Shown piece by piece: positions 10,861 to 20,227 of a stretch of 64,000 nucleotides of DNA. A program made the translations under genes and the position numbers. Each line of letters opens with the position of its first letter. Within the stretch, counting starts at the first letter, position 1. This DNA comes from an uncultured bacterium (GTDB lineage Bacteria > Babelota > Babeliae > Babelales > Babelaceae), in NCBI GenBank assembly GCA_963722385.1, contig CAVRKK010000001.1:256001-320000 (forward strand). Direction: 5' to 3'. The notes below the pieces were generated by a model. It did not search any database and was not told where the DNA came from. It was given only the letters and a program-made list of their open reading frames with translations.

Positions 10861-12528
10861 ATGAAAAAAAATGCACTTATAGGACTCATCTGCTTATGGC
10901 TCAGTGCTCATACCTTGGTTATAGGTATGGAGGACGGAAAAAGGTCTGAACCTGAGAGAGAAAAAGAAAAAGAGTATGAAACTCCTCCAAGCAATAGTTC
11001 TCAGCATGAACTTGATGCAGGCGAGAAAAAAACAAAATCTGAGTGGAGCGCCGAAGCACAAACTGAGCTTTTTGATGCTATGACAGAAAGTATTATCAAT
11101 CGAGTTTGGCAGGGAATTCATGTACATATGGTGGACGAACTACTTGATGCAGAACTCGCAGGCACAGCTGTTGATCTCGAAAAAGCACGTCGAGCCTTGG
11201 AAAATGGCGCTGATCCCAATTCGTGGAGAGGCCTCCACTTCGGACTGTTTGACCAGGATGAAGAAGAAATCTACGAAGAGGAATTTCGAGGGGAATTATC
11301 AAGACCTCTCTTGCTCGCTTCACAAATAGGGAACATTGAACTGGCCAAATTGCTTATCGAGTATGGCGCTCATATTGATTTACCTGATGTCCGCGACGTA
11401 ACACCATTAGAAAACGCTATATATAATGGTTATTATCAATTGGCGCGCATCTTCCTTGAGCATGGTGCAGCTATTTCTTTCGAACATATATGTGTAGAAT
11501 TAGCAAAAGGGAACTATAAGAGTAACCCTCCCCCAACAAGCTTAGATTTTTTTAAATTACTTATTGCATATGGCTTTAGCCTTCACGATCACATTCGGCC
11601 TCTATCTCCGTATTTACTAGCAACGTTGAGGTCGCTTAACGAAGCCATCCAGCAACTTGAGAATCCCCAAGAACTAAAAAAAAATAGGGCATTGGCGCAA
11701 AAGTCAGGCCAATTAGCTGATATGTCCCAATTAACGCGAATAGCCCATTTAGCTTGGTTGTTCGATAATGCTGAAGATCCTCAATTCATAGCAAACTATA
11801 AGATGCGACAAGCACAGCTATCAGACCTGGCTTGGGAGCTTGTTTCCTGTGGGGCTTTTAATAGCGATGAGCTTTTACCTATTTTACGCACGCTCGTAGC
11901 GAAGCTCAACATGCCTGAACTTCTGCAGGCTATCCTTTTTGATACCGATAAAGCTCTAGAAAGCCTCAAAAAATTCACTAATCCTGATACTGATCAACCT
12001 CACGACATTTCCCTTGTTAATGCTGGCCTCACCTTAGCATCCGCATATGGAAACTTACAGATCATAGCATTTATTGTTGAAAATCTAAGGTCATTTCTTA
12101 CTGACGATATCATCGATAAAGCATTCGCTCGCGCAGCATTGTCAGGGCAGCTTCCTGCATTGCATATTTTAAGGCTGTTAATATCTGATGATCGCCTTTT
12201 AACTCTCATCACTGAAAACTTACAAATAATAGCTGCACAACAGCGCGAAGACGTTGTTATATATCTTATGACGCTTGCCGAAGAGCTTCCTACCAATCCA
12301 AGGATTGATATTCTACCAATAAGTAATTTTCTGAGCATCCTACTTCGTAATCAAAAATTACCTGACAAAACTAAGAACAATTACCTCCGGATTCAAAATT
12401 TTCTATGGAGTTACCTGCTTAACCGTATTGCAAACGGCCATACACCGAATCATTTGAGCCAATTACCACCCGAGCTCCATTTTCACCTTGCAAAATTCAT
12501 AGGCTCAGGTAAATTCAGCAAAAAGTAG
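10861..12528 (+). CDS. secreted ankyrin-repeat protein with C-terminal F-box-like motif, copy 3
   Basis: Paralog of the two preceding genes; LSQLPPELHFHLAKFI at the C-terminus. Confidence 0.88.
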   Translation: MKKNALIGLICLWLSAHTLVIGMEDGKRSEPEREKEKEYETPPSNSSQHELDAGEKKTKSEWSAEAQTELFDAMTESIINRVWQGIHVHMVDELLDAELAGTAVDLEKARRALENGADPNSWRGLHFGLFDQDEEEIYEEEFRGELSRPLLLASQIGNIELAKLLIEYGAHIDLPDVRDVTPLENAIYNGYYQLARIFLEHGAAISFEHICVELAKGNYKSNPPPTSLDFFKLLIAYGFSLHDHIRPLSPYLLATLRSLNEAIQQLENPQELKKNRALAQKSGQLADMSQLTRIAHLAWLFDNAEDPQFIANYKMRQAQLSDLAWELVSCGAFNSDELLPILRTLVAKLNMPELLQAILFDTDKALESLKKFTNPDTDQPHDISLVNAGLTLASAYGNLQIIAFIVENLRSFLTDDIIDKAFARAALSGQLPALHILRLLISDDRLLTLITENLQIIAAQQREDVVIYLMTLAEELPTNPRIDILPISNFLSILLRNQKLPDKTKNNYLRIQNFLWSYLLNRIANGHTPNHLSQLPPELHFHLAKFIGSGKFSKK

Positions 12529-12559
12529 GCCAAGAGCTTTCTTTTTAAGAGTAGTCACG

Positions 12560-13584
12560 TTGCTATCACCATAGCGCACGATCCAACTGCCCTGCAAGCC
12601 ATGTGGATAAATGAACGCTCAAGGGAAACTCAGCTCAAAAACTTGGGTCGCTCACTAAGGGAGCAGGCCCGAGTCTGCTCCCTTATCATCAAGCAAATGA
12701 TGCAGGTACTGCTCTGGATTATCTACAAAAGATTTGGTGATGAGATGAGGATCATTTTCATGTGCCATTGCCTCAAAATGCCCTGTTGTAGGGCACGTTT
12801 TTCCTCGAGAAGGCTCGTATAAGAGCTCTTATGTTAAGATTTGGGTGTATAGGGAAGCCATAGTGCTATATCTCCAAGAATAGCGTCATATGTCTGCCCT
12901 AAACTACGTGTTTGATTATTCAAAGTGCTCAAGAGTGTTAGCTTCTGTTTCAGAAATTTTTTGAAGAGTAAGTTCCTTGCTTCTGTTTTTTGCTCAAGCT
13001 TTCGTGCTGCCTGGTATTGTTTCTCAAGGCTTTGCAGATCCCTGGCATAAAGACTTCTTGCTCTTGCGAGCTTAGTCCGATATGCGGTTTCAAGCTCCTG
13101 TTTGGTAAAGGTAGATTTAGTCAGGCCTAAAACTGAAGGATCATAGCTAACACCAAATGCCCCATATAGGATTCCTGATAAGAACCTTAGTCAAGATCTA
13201 CCTATTCCCTGAACCGGAACATATTCAGCCCCATTTTTTGATTCACTCAGATTCTGTTTAACGCTGTTTAAAGTAGCCCGTGCATTATTTGCGAGAACCT
13301 TAGCATTAGACTCACTATGGTCTCTCCGCTTGGCGCTGTTACGATAGGAATATTTTCTGCTGCTGTGGATGATGAAGGTTCTGTAACCGGTGGAGAAGTA
13401 TCTTTTTCAGTCGAGGGAGATGTCTCAGGTGAAGTAGCAGGTGGTTGTATATCTGGTTGCTTCGGCCTTTGCCATAGAGGCTCCCCAATTATTCTGGTAA
13501 TTGCTTTTTGCTGGGTTCATTCATAGCTCCTAAGCTACATACAAAAAAACTAATTATTGCTAACAAAATTTTACCATAATACAT
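12560..13584 (-). pseudogene. decayed secreted protein gene with Pro/Ser/Thr-rich linker and J-domain-like fragment
   Basis: Manual translation: GAGG SD, then MYYGKILLAIISFFVCSLGA-MNEPSKKQLPE*. Shifted frames follow with QPPATSPETSPST... and YDPSVLGLTKSTFTKQELETAYR, with several stops and frameshifts. 3' end approximate. Confidence 0.6.
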
Positions 13585-13812
13585 TATGTTACCTCACCCT
13601 CTATATACCTATTTTTCATCATTATAACTACTAAGATAAATAAAAATCAATAGTATTATTATTCTGTTTAATATTTTTGGTTTTTTTCTATTAGATCATT
13701 GGGAGCTGCGCTAGTTCTTTGATAGGCATAAAATATTGTTCCGAGCACCTTACTGTGCCTCAAAAATTACCCACCCGAGCTACCGCTTCCATCTTGCAAA
13801 AATAAGCTCAGA

Positions 13813-14730
13813 TCAGCACGAAGTAGACAAAGGGCTTTCTTTTTTAAGGGCAATTTGTACGTGCCGGTAAAAATAAAGCACAAGCCCTGTTACCACCAAA
13901 GCTCCGGCGATCATAACATTAACAGATGGCCGTTCATTAAATAAAATCCACCCGTAGAGTGCTGCGAAAAGCGGTGACAAGAAGCTCATGACTGTCATCG
14001 TGGTGGAACTATAGCGCTTGAGAATGGCCGCCTGTAAATGGGCCGATATGACATTACTTAAGATAATATTAAGGAAAAGCAATTGAATAAAAAGAAAAGC
14101 ATTCCCCTTAATCCAGACCGACTCGGTCCAAAACGAAGCATTAAACGTAAAAATACCTGCAAAAAACATCGTTAAGCCATTGGCCAAAAGGGGAGAGCAT
14201 TGACGATGACGAACCAATTGTTGCATAATAAGAAGGCTATAGCTAAATGAAAGTACCGCCATAAGTACGAAAACGTCAGCATACGATATATGGGTGACAA
14301 GCTCTTTAACGCTTTGAGGCTGCCCATTAAGAAATAAAGGAATCAGGCCGGTAAAGCCAATGACCAACCCCAGCAGTTGTATAAGGGTTAAGCGCTCTTT
14401 TAAGAAAAAATAGGTCAAAAGAGCTGAGAAAAAAGGCGCAAAATTAAACAACAATGCTATTTTAACGGCCGGTAGGTACTGAAGCGCCCATGCCCTACCG
14501 GCAGCGGGTATAACAACACCGAGCAACGCAAACTGCCCAATAAGAAACCAATCCTTAAGCCCAAGCGCCTGGAGGCGGATATTTTGCATATGCGCGTATG
14601 CGCATAAAGCTATACCCGAAATCAGCATTCGGACGCCCACAAAAAAAAGCGGCGATGCATATGCAAGCAAAACCTTGCCCAAGGTAATGGTAAAGCCAGA
14701 AATAGCATATAAGAGCACAATCAAAATCAT
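13813..14730 (-). CDS. DMT/EamA family transporter
   Basis: ~10 TM segments; twofold EamA repeat (APFFSALL..KERL, SPLFAALYG..NERP). Confidence 0.88.
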   Translation of the reverse strand: MILIVLLYAISGFTITLGKVLLAYASPLFFVGVRMLISGIALCAYAHMQNIRLQALGLKDWFLIGQFALLGVVIPAAGRAWALQYLPAVKIALLFNFAPFFSALLTYFFLKERLTLIQLLGLVIGFTGLIPLFLNGQPQSVKELVTHISYADVFVLMAVLSFSYSLLIMQQLVRHRQCSPLLANGLTMFFAGIFTFNASFWTESVWIKGNAFLFIQLLFLNIILSNVISAHLQAAILKRYSSTTMTVMSFLSPLFAALYGWILFNERPSVNVMIAGALVVTGLVLYFYRHVQIALKKESPLSTSC

Positions 14731-14872
14731 ACCAGCCCTATTTCAAAGCTTATCATTATGCGCTTTACAAGCTACCATTTTTTTTAGAATAAGTCTCCAA
14801 AAGAAAAAGATTTGCACGTATAAGTTCTTTTTAATCGCTCTTTTGGTATAATAAAGAAGAAACAGGTCCTTT

Positions 14873-16504
14873 ATGCACAGATATATTTTTATTACTGGCG
14901 GTGTCATATCTTCTCTGGGCAAGGGCATCGCTGCCGGCGGTATTGCAGCTTTACTCGAAGCCAAGGGGCTTTCGGTTTCATTTCTTAAGTTAGACCCTTA
15001 CCTCAATCTTGACCCCGGCACCATGAACCCTTATCAACATGGCGAAGTCTATGTCACCGAAGATGGCGCAGAAACCGATTTAGATTTAGGCCACTATGAG
15101 CGATTTAGCAGCACAATTCTTTCCAAAAACAATTCCACCACAGCAGGCACAATTTATGCCCAGCTCCTCCAAAAAGAGCGGAGTGGCGGCTTCCTCGGCA
15201 AAACGGTACAAACGGTTCCCCATTTTACGAACGAAATAAAAGAATACATTTATCAAGTAGGCAGAAGCGCTGATATCGCCATTGTTGAAATTGGCGGAAC
15301 TATCGGTGACATTGAAAGCCTTCCCTTTGTTGAGGCTATTCGGCAAATACGACTTGATCATAAAAATCGTTGCGCTTTTGTTCATATAACCTATATTCCC
15401 TATATAGCAGTCGTTGATGAGCTCAAAACAAAACCAACACAACACTCAGTCAAGGCACTTCTTTCGTTAGGTATTCAGCCAGATATTATTATTGGCAGAG
15501 CCGAGAAAGCGCTAACCCAAGATATCAAGCAAAAGATAGCACTGTTTACGAACGTTGATACAGAAGCCATCATATCAGCGCCCGACCTTAAAAACATTTA
15601 CGAAATACCTCTTATATTCTATGAACAAAAATTAGATAGCGTGCTCAGTAATCATCTTGAGCTCTCTTGCCAAAGGCCAATCCTTACCAAATGGCATACG
15701 TTTATCGAAAGCATCTCTACGCTGCATGATGCCGTCAATATAGCTATCGTAGGCAAATATGTAAATTTACCTGACGCTTATAAAAGCATAACCGAAGCGC
15801 TCATTCACGCTCAGGCTCCTAACAACACACGAGTTATGGTCAATTGGATTGACGCCGAGCAGCTAACGAGCGAAACCACACATCATCGTTTAGAAAACAT
15901 GGATGGTATCTTAGTACCAGGCGGATTTGGCGACCGGGGAGTTAAGGGAAAAATCGCGGCAGCACAATATGCCCGTGAACATAAGGTGCCTTATTTTGGC
16001 ATATGCCTCGGTATGCAGGTTGCCGTCATAGAATTTGCTCGTAATGTACTTGGTCTCAAAGAAGCTAACTCAACAGAATTTGATGCCTCAACGCCGTTTC
16101 CTGTCATTGATCTTATGCAAGAACAAAAAAGTAAAAAAGAATTAGGCGGCACCCTAAGGTTGGGATCATCTCGCTGTACCTTGAAAAGAGGAAGCGCTGC
16201 CGAGACTATTTATGGTATAAATAGTCTTACTGAGCGCCATCGCCATCGCTACGAATTTAATACCCAATTCATCTCACATTATGAAGAAAACGGCTTTGTT
16301 GTAACCGGCTACAACGAACTTCAACAGTTACCTGAAATGATAGAAATTCCTAGCAATCCTTTTTTTATTGCTTGTCAGTTTCATCCCGAATTTAAGAGCA
16401 AACCATTTGCTCCTCACCCTCTGTTTGTGGCATTTGTTAAAGCCGCTTCCGCATACAAGAAGAACCTTGCCAGGCATCTAGAGCTCGCTTGCTGCTTGTA
16501 TTAA
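14873..16504 (+). CDS. pyrG: CTP synthase
   Basis: YIFITGGVISSLGKG, DPGTMNPYQHGEV, GICLGMQ, RHRHRYE, QFHPE. Confidence 0.98.
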   Translation: MHRYIFITGGVISSLGKGIAAGGIAALLEAKGLSVSFLKLDPYLNLDPGTMNPYQHGEVYVTEDGAETDLDLGHYERFSSTILSKNNSTTAGTIYAQLLQKERSGGFLGKTVQTVPHFTNEIKEYIYQVGRSADIAIVEIGGTIGDIESLPFVEAIRQIRLDHKNRCAFVHITYIPYIAVVDELKTKPTQHSVKALLSLGIQPDIIIGRAEKALTQDIKQKIALFTNVDTEAIISAPDLKNIYEIPLIFYEQKLDSVLSNHLELSCQRPILTKWHTFIESISTLHDAVNIAIVGKYVNLPDAYKSITEALIHAQAPNNTRVMVNWIDAEQLTSETTHHRLENMDGILVPGGFGDRGVKGKIAAAQYAREHKVPYFGICLGMQVAVIEFARNVLGLKEANSTEFDASTPFPVIDLMQEQKSKKELGGTLRLGSSRCTLKRGSAAETIYGINSLTERHRHRYEFNTQFISHYEENGFVVTGYNELQQLPEMIEIPSNPFFIACQFHPEFKSKPFAPHPLFVAFVKAASAYKKNLARHLELACCLY

Positions 16505-16584
16505 CGGCCTCACCTTGTTAAGCTTAATGCTCATGGACTACTTAAAATAACAAATGTATAATCCACCAAGAAAGGTGTCATATT

Positions 16585-16947
16585 ATGAAATTTAATGTTT
16601 TATTTATTTTGCTCATTGCTATATTGGGCAACCAAACCTGCCAAGCGTATCTCTATAGGTTCCATAACACCAGCAAGCAACTTGTCGAGGTAACCGTAAC
16701 CGACCCTGCAACCCATAAAACGCACAATTTTAAGATTGGTTCGAATAAAATACATGATTTAGATCTACCTTCCGAACGCGAACAATATGGTCACCCGGAG
16801 ATTAAGATTAACGGTCAATTTGTTGAACATATCATGGATATTGAGATCATTTGTCATCCGCCTATCATAGGCGAAACTCTTGAAATAAAAAAATCTCCTT
16901 TTGCGCCAAGCGATTGGTGGATCGACTCGGTATGTATCTCAGAATAG
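16585..16947 (+). CDS. small secreted hypothetical protein
   Basis: Signal peptide ending CQA; AAAGG SD. Confidence 0.7.
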   Translation: MKFNVLFILLIAILGNQTCQAYLYRFHNTSKQLVEVTVTDPATHKTHNFKIGSNKIHDLDLPSEREQYGHPEIKINGQFVEHIMDIEIICHPPIIGETLEIKKSPFAPSDWWIDSVCISE

Positions 16948-17006
16948 GTTTCCAGTCTCTTTTTTCAAATTCAAGTATATCCATGAGGAACCTGTTATAG
17001 GTTTAG

Positions 17007-17041
17007 CTAGAGCCCCAACCCATAGGTGATCGGGGCTCTAG
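17007..17041. terminator. hairpin between convergent genes (possible terminator)
   Basis: CTAGAGCCCC...GGGGCTCTAG inverted repeat; no clear U-tract. Confidence 0.5.
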
Positions 17042-17050
17042 AGCTATAGG

Positions 17051-17497
17051 CTATATTCGCTCATTGAGCTCGGCAGTAACCTCCGCTTCTATCTTCCCAT
17101 GATCGGTGGTAAAAAGCGCATGTAGAGATCCCGTATAAAACTCTTGGGGTGATTTCCAGCAACCCCCCGATTTCGTACGTATAAGCAGCTGCCCATTACT
17201 ATACGCGACATAGCATTCCTTCAGAATTGTTATCGTTTGCTCAATGTCACGCATGGTAAATATATCCCCCTTAACACTCAGCTTGACGGGCAATTGTGTA
17301 CCTGCAGGACAGGCGACAATAAATCGCTCTTTTTGTGAGAAAAATCCCTCTATTTGTTCTTTGGTTAAATTATCCCATTGGATAATAGGCAAAGAAGCAA
17401 GGTCGTCAGCAACCGCACAAACAGGTGCGTGATTCATGCTTGCCTGATGAGCAGCAAAGAGAGAAAGCGCAATGGCAAAAACTCGCATACTATACAT
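17051..17497 (-). CDS. secreted hypothetical protein, probable BlaI-regulated target
   Basis: Signal peptide; AAGGAG SD adjoining a BlaI-type palindrome. Confidence 0.75.
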   Translation of the reverse strand: MYSMRVFAIALSLFAAHQASMNHAPVCAVADDLASLPIIQWDNLTKEQIEGFFSQKERFIVACPAGTQLPVKLSVKGDIFTMRDIEQTITILKECYVAYSNGQLLIRTKSGGCWKSPQEFYTGSLHALFTTDHGKIEAEVTAELNERI

Positions 17498-17507
17498 GAT
17501 ATCTCCT

Positions 17508-17523
17508 TACTACATTTGTAGTA
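17508..17523. promoter_or_regulatory. BlaI/MecI/CopY-type operator
   Basis: TACTACA-TT-TGTAGTA palindrome containing the TACA-NN-TGTA core. Confidence 0.75.
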
Positions 17524-17583
17524 GTTTCGGTAAAAAAAATAATCATTTAACAAGAAATTTTGATACTCTATCACCTACCTTTC

Positions 17584-18648
17584 TTAAAAGATCCAGAATT
17601 TGCCCAAAGCGACAATTATCAGGATCGAGCTAATACCAACCATATGGAGCATTTTTAATACCAAGGGAACTTTGTAGGGTATATCTTGTTTTAGCAGTGC
17701 TTCGATGCGGCACTTCATACGTTCGGCTTGAAAAAATGATGCAATCGGCAATGTCTGGCAGGACTGTTTTGCGTGTCGTGCTACCTTAACCAGCGCATCT
17801 GCCAGGTCTATCGGCGCAAGTGCAAACTTATGTATCGTACTATCACACGCTAGCTCTTGGGCCCCCTCAACGTGCTTAATCCAGCGTTTAAGCGGAATCC
17901 ACCAAAGAAGGGCAGCAAGCGCTTGAAAAAATAACCGCAGCGGCGCATCATACCAGGTCAAATGATTGAGCTCGTGAGCAATAATTGCCTCAAATTCAGA
18001 TTGGGTGATATGTTCGACTAATACTTGGGGAATCAATATGTATTTAGAAAGCAAGCCGAAGCAACAGGGAATGGTAACCTCTGGTGATAACATCACATGC
18101 GTGTTCGAGGACCTCAGGACCTCATTGAGCAAGGGATTATCGATATTTCGCGTACAAGCAAGCGCGCGTTGTATAAGTGCTCCTAATAACTTTCGTGAAT
18201 ACCAAAGATTAAATAACCAGTGCACAACAAACAATACCGAAAGTACCATCACACTTAGCACAAAGAGCTTGACCCACCATGGCCCAATGTATAACGCTAT
18301 TAAATCAGCGAACGTAAAAGTTTTGCCATCGCTTAAAATAAGTTGAATCACCGTGACTGGTATAAGGCGCAAGCCAGGAATCCACTCAAGTGAAAAAAGA
18401 AATGTTCTACTGCCCGGCATAACCCAAAAGGGATTGATCTCATGGGCAAGAGCCCATTTCGAAAAATCATAGAGATAAAGATCAAGGATAACTTTGAAAA
18501 GCGGTAGTGCCAACATTAAGGCTTTTAAGCGCGGCTGACGGACGCTCAGTATCATAATAGACAAGCGAACTAAAAGTGCCACCGTTATAAAAGAAAAAAA
18601 CATGTTAATAATAATGTTAAAGATATAAATCCAACCAAGGTCACTCAT
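17584..18648 (-). CDS. M56 family (BlaR1/MecR1-like) membrane metallopeptidase
   Basis: TM helices, IIAHELNH zinc motif, ELACD; overlaps a BlaI-like gene. Confidence 0.9.
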   Translation of the reverse strand: MSDLGWIYIFNIIINMFFSFITVALLVRLSIMILSVRQPRLKALMLALPLFKVILDLYLYDFSKWALAHEINPFWVMPGSRTFLFSLEWIPGLRLIPVTVIQLILSDGKTFTFADLIALYIGPWWVKLFVLSVMVLSVLFVVHWLFNLWYSRKLLGALIQRALACTRNIDNPLLNEVLRSSNTHVMLSPEVTIPCCFGLLSKYILIPQVLVEHITQSEFEAIIAHELNHLTWYDAPLRLFFQALAALLWWIPLKRWIKHVEGAQELACDSTIHKFALAPIDLADALVKVARHAKQSCQTLPIASFFQAERMKCRIEALLKQDIPYKVPLVLKMLHMVGISSILIIVALGKFWIF

Positions 18649-19030
18649 GAGATTTTTTCGCCTCGCGCTTACGCTTAATTGCTTCCTCTAAATGTGCCAA
18701 TTCGCTCTCAGTTATCTCCTCATCTTCGTTAATTAAAAAAGCGATCATAGATGATGATTTGCCGCCAAAAACTTTATTTTTAAGCTTGCAAAGAAATCCT
18801 GAATCATGCTTTGCCTGCACCAAGTTCATAGCATATTCATATTGATTGCCATTCAAGGATCGCTTGAGCTTTCCCTTTTCAACTAACCGGTTCATCACCG
18901 TCATTACCGTTGTATAACAGTCGCCTTGACCCAGGGTATTAACAACGTCACGAATGGTTAAGGTCGTTCGATTATTAAACGTCTGCAAAATAGCTAATTC
19001 AAGCTCGCCAAAGATACGCTTTCTTTTCAT
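18641..19030 (-). CDS. BlaI/MecI/CopY family repressor
   Basis: GELELAIL...YTTVMTVMNRLVEKG winged-helix signature; FGG...L dimerisation tail. Confidence 0.92.
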   Translation of the reverse strand: MKRKRIFGELELAILQTFNNRTTLTIRDVVNTLGQGDCYTTVMTVMNRLVEKGKLKRSLNGNQYEYAMNLVQAKHDSGFLCKLKNKVFGGKSSSMIAFLINEDEEITESELAHLEEAIKRKREAKKSHE

Positions 19031-19063
19031 AAATTACCTTTGCTTTTTGATATGCTATTACAT

Positions 19064-19088
19064 TACTACGCTTGTAGTAGCAAGTCAA
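19064..19088 (-). promoter_or_regulatory. BlaI-type operator within the promoter of the blaI-like gene
   Basis: TACTACG-CT-TGTAGTA (19064-19079). On the minus strand, TTGACT-17 nt-TAATGT brackets it. Confidence 0.7.
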
Positions 19089-19162
19089 CAATTGTTTGAC
19101 AAAAGTTTTTTCGCATAAGAAGTATGAGCAGTTGCTTAACATACTCAACCAAAATCATAACA

Positions 19163-20155
19163 TTATCTTAATATAAGTTTGAATTGCTTTAAAATATCGT
19201 TGGTTTCGTCGTGAAAACTAGGTGTACGATGGCCCAAAGTTCCGTGAATAAGTATCCAAACATAACGAATTTTAGAAAGATCAATTTTTTTTGGTTTGAT
19301 AGTATCTAGACAGCCAATCCATAAGCAGCGTATTCCCTCATTATTTTTAGGTTCGCAATCTTTGAGAATTTTATTCGGGCAGTTATGCCAGCGCCACTCT
19401 CTTTTTTTCCCCACTGGCATGCCAGCTCCACCTGCTACTTTAATTGGCAATTGGTCAGGTTGGCGTGACGGTGAAGCAGAAGGACCTGTCTTATTTACTG
19501 TTGATGAACTTGAATCCCGTTTTTGATCTGGTTGTTTACTAGTATTAGGCTTTGGTTGAAAGTTTAGTTCAGCAGCAGACATAAATTCTATTACAGGTTC
19601 TGCATCTGTTTCACCCTCATACTCAAAAACATAATATTCTATCTCTTCCGATTCTTCAGTTTGTTTATCCTCATTATTTTGGGCTCCCTCTTGAAAAGCA
19701 GCTTGAGAGGCAGATAGACGAGCCAAATAATATTTTGATGCTTCTTTTAAATCTATACAAGGTATAGATTCGTTACCAAAGGATTGCTTAAAGTATCTTC
19801 TTGCTTGCTGCCAATCAACAAAAATGATTACTTGATTATTAGTTAATGATGCTAATAAATCGCTTGCTTCAATTATAGATATGCCAAGATGATGTTTTAT
19901 AACTTGTGCTCCGCGCGACTTTGTTTTTTCATTAGTTGGAAGAGCGCTATAGAAACTAAGAAGCACCTCAAGCACACTATTCTTATTACGCAAAAAATCC
20001 TGTCGATTAGTTTTTACCAAAAATCTTTCAAAATTTAGTAAAGATATTTGCTTAATTTGATTTTTTCGAGGATCTTCCATAGTGTGAACATGGAAGCACG
20101 GAACAATAGTTAATAGAAACGCTATTAGCCAAAATCTATTTACTGTTTTATACAT
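19163..20155 (-). CDS. secreted hypothetical protein, probably C-terminally truncated at the start of an alpha/beta-hydrolase domain
   Basis: Signal peptide + MED, acidic/low-complexity linker, ends ~25 aa after WILIHGT. Confidence 0.55.
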   Translation of the reverse strand: MYKTVNRFWLIAFLLTIVPCFHVHTMEDPRKNQIKQISLLNFERFLVKTNRQDFLRNKNSVLEVLLSFYSALPTNEKTKSRGAQVIKHHLGISIIEASDLLASLTNNQVIIFVDWQQARRYFKQSFGNESIPCIDLKEASKYYLARLSASQAAFQEGAQNNEDKQTEESEEIEYYVFEYEGETDAEPVIEFMSAAELNFQPKPNTSKQPDQKRDSSSSTVNKTGPSASPSRQPDQLPIKVAGGAGMPVGKKREWRWHNCPNKILKDCEPKNNEGIRCLWIGCLDTIKPKKIDLSKIRYVWILIHGTLGHRTPSFHDETNDILKQFKLILR

Positions 20156-20227
20156 AAGCTTCCTTAAATGCTATATTTAACAAAAAATAGCTTTATAAAT
20201 GCTATTAGATTATAGGTTTTTCGGGAT

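Noticed and set aside
12601..13526. Plus-strand ORFs 12601-12822 and 13317-13526
   Set aside because: Better explained as antisense to the decayed minus-strand gene.
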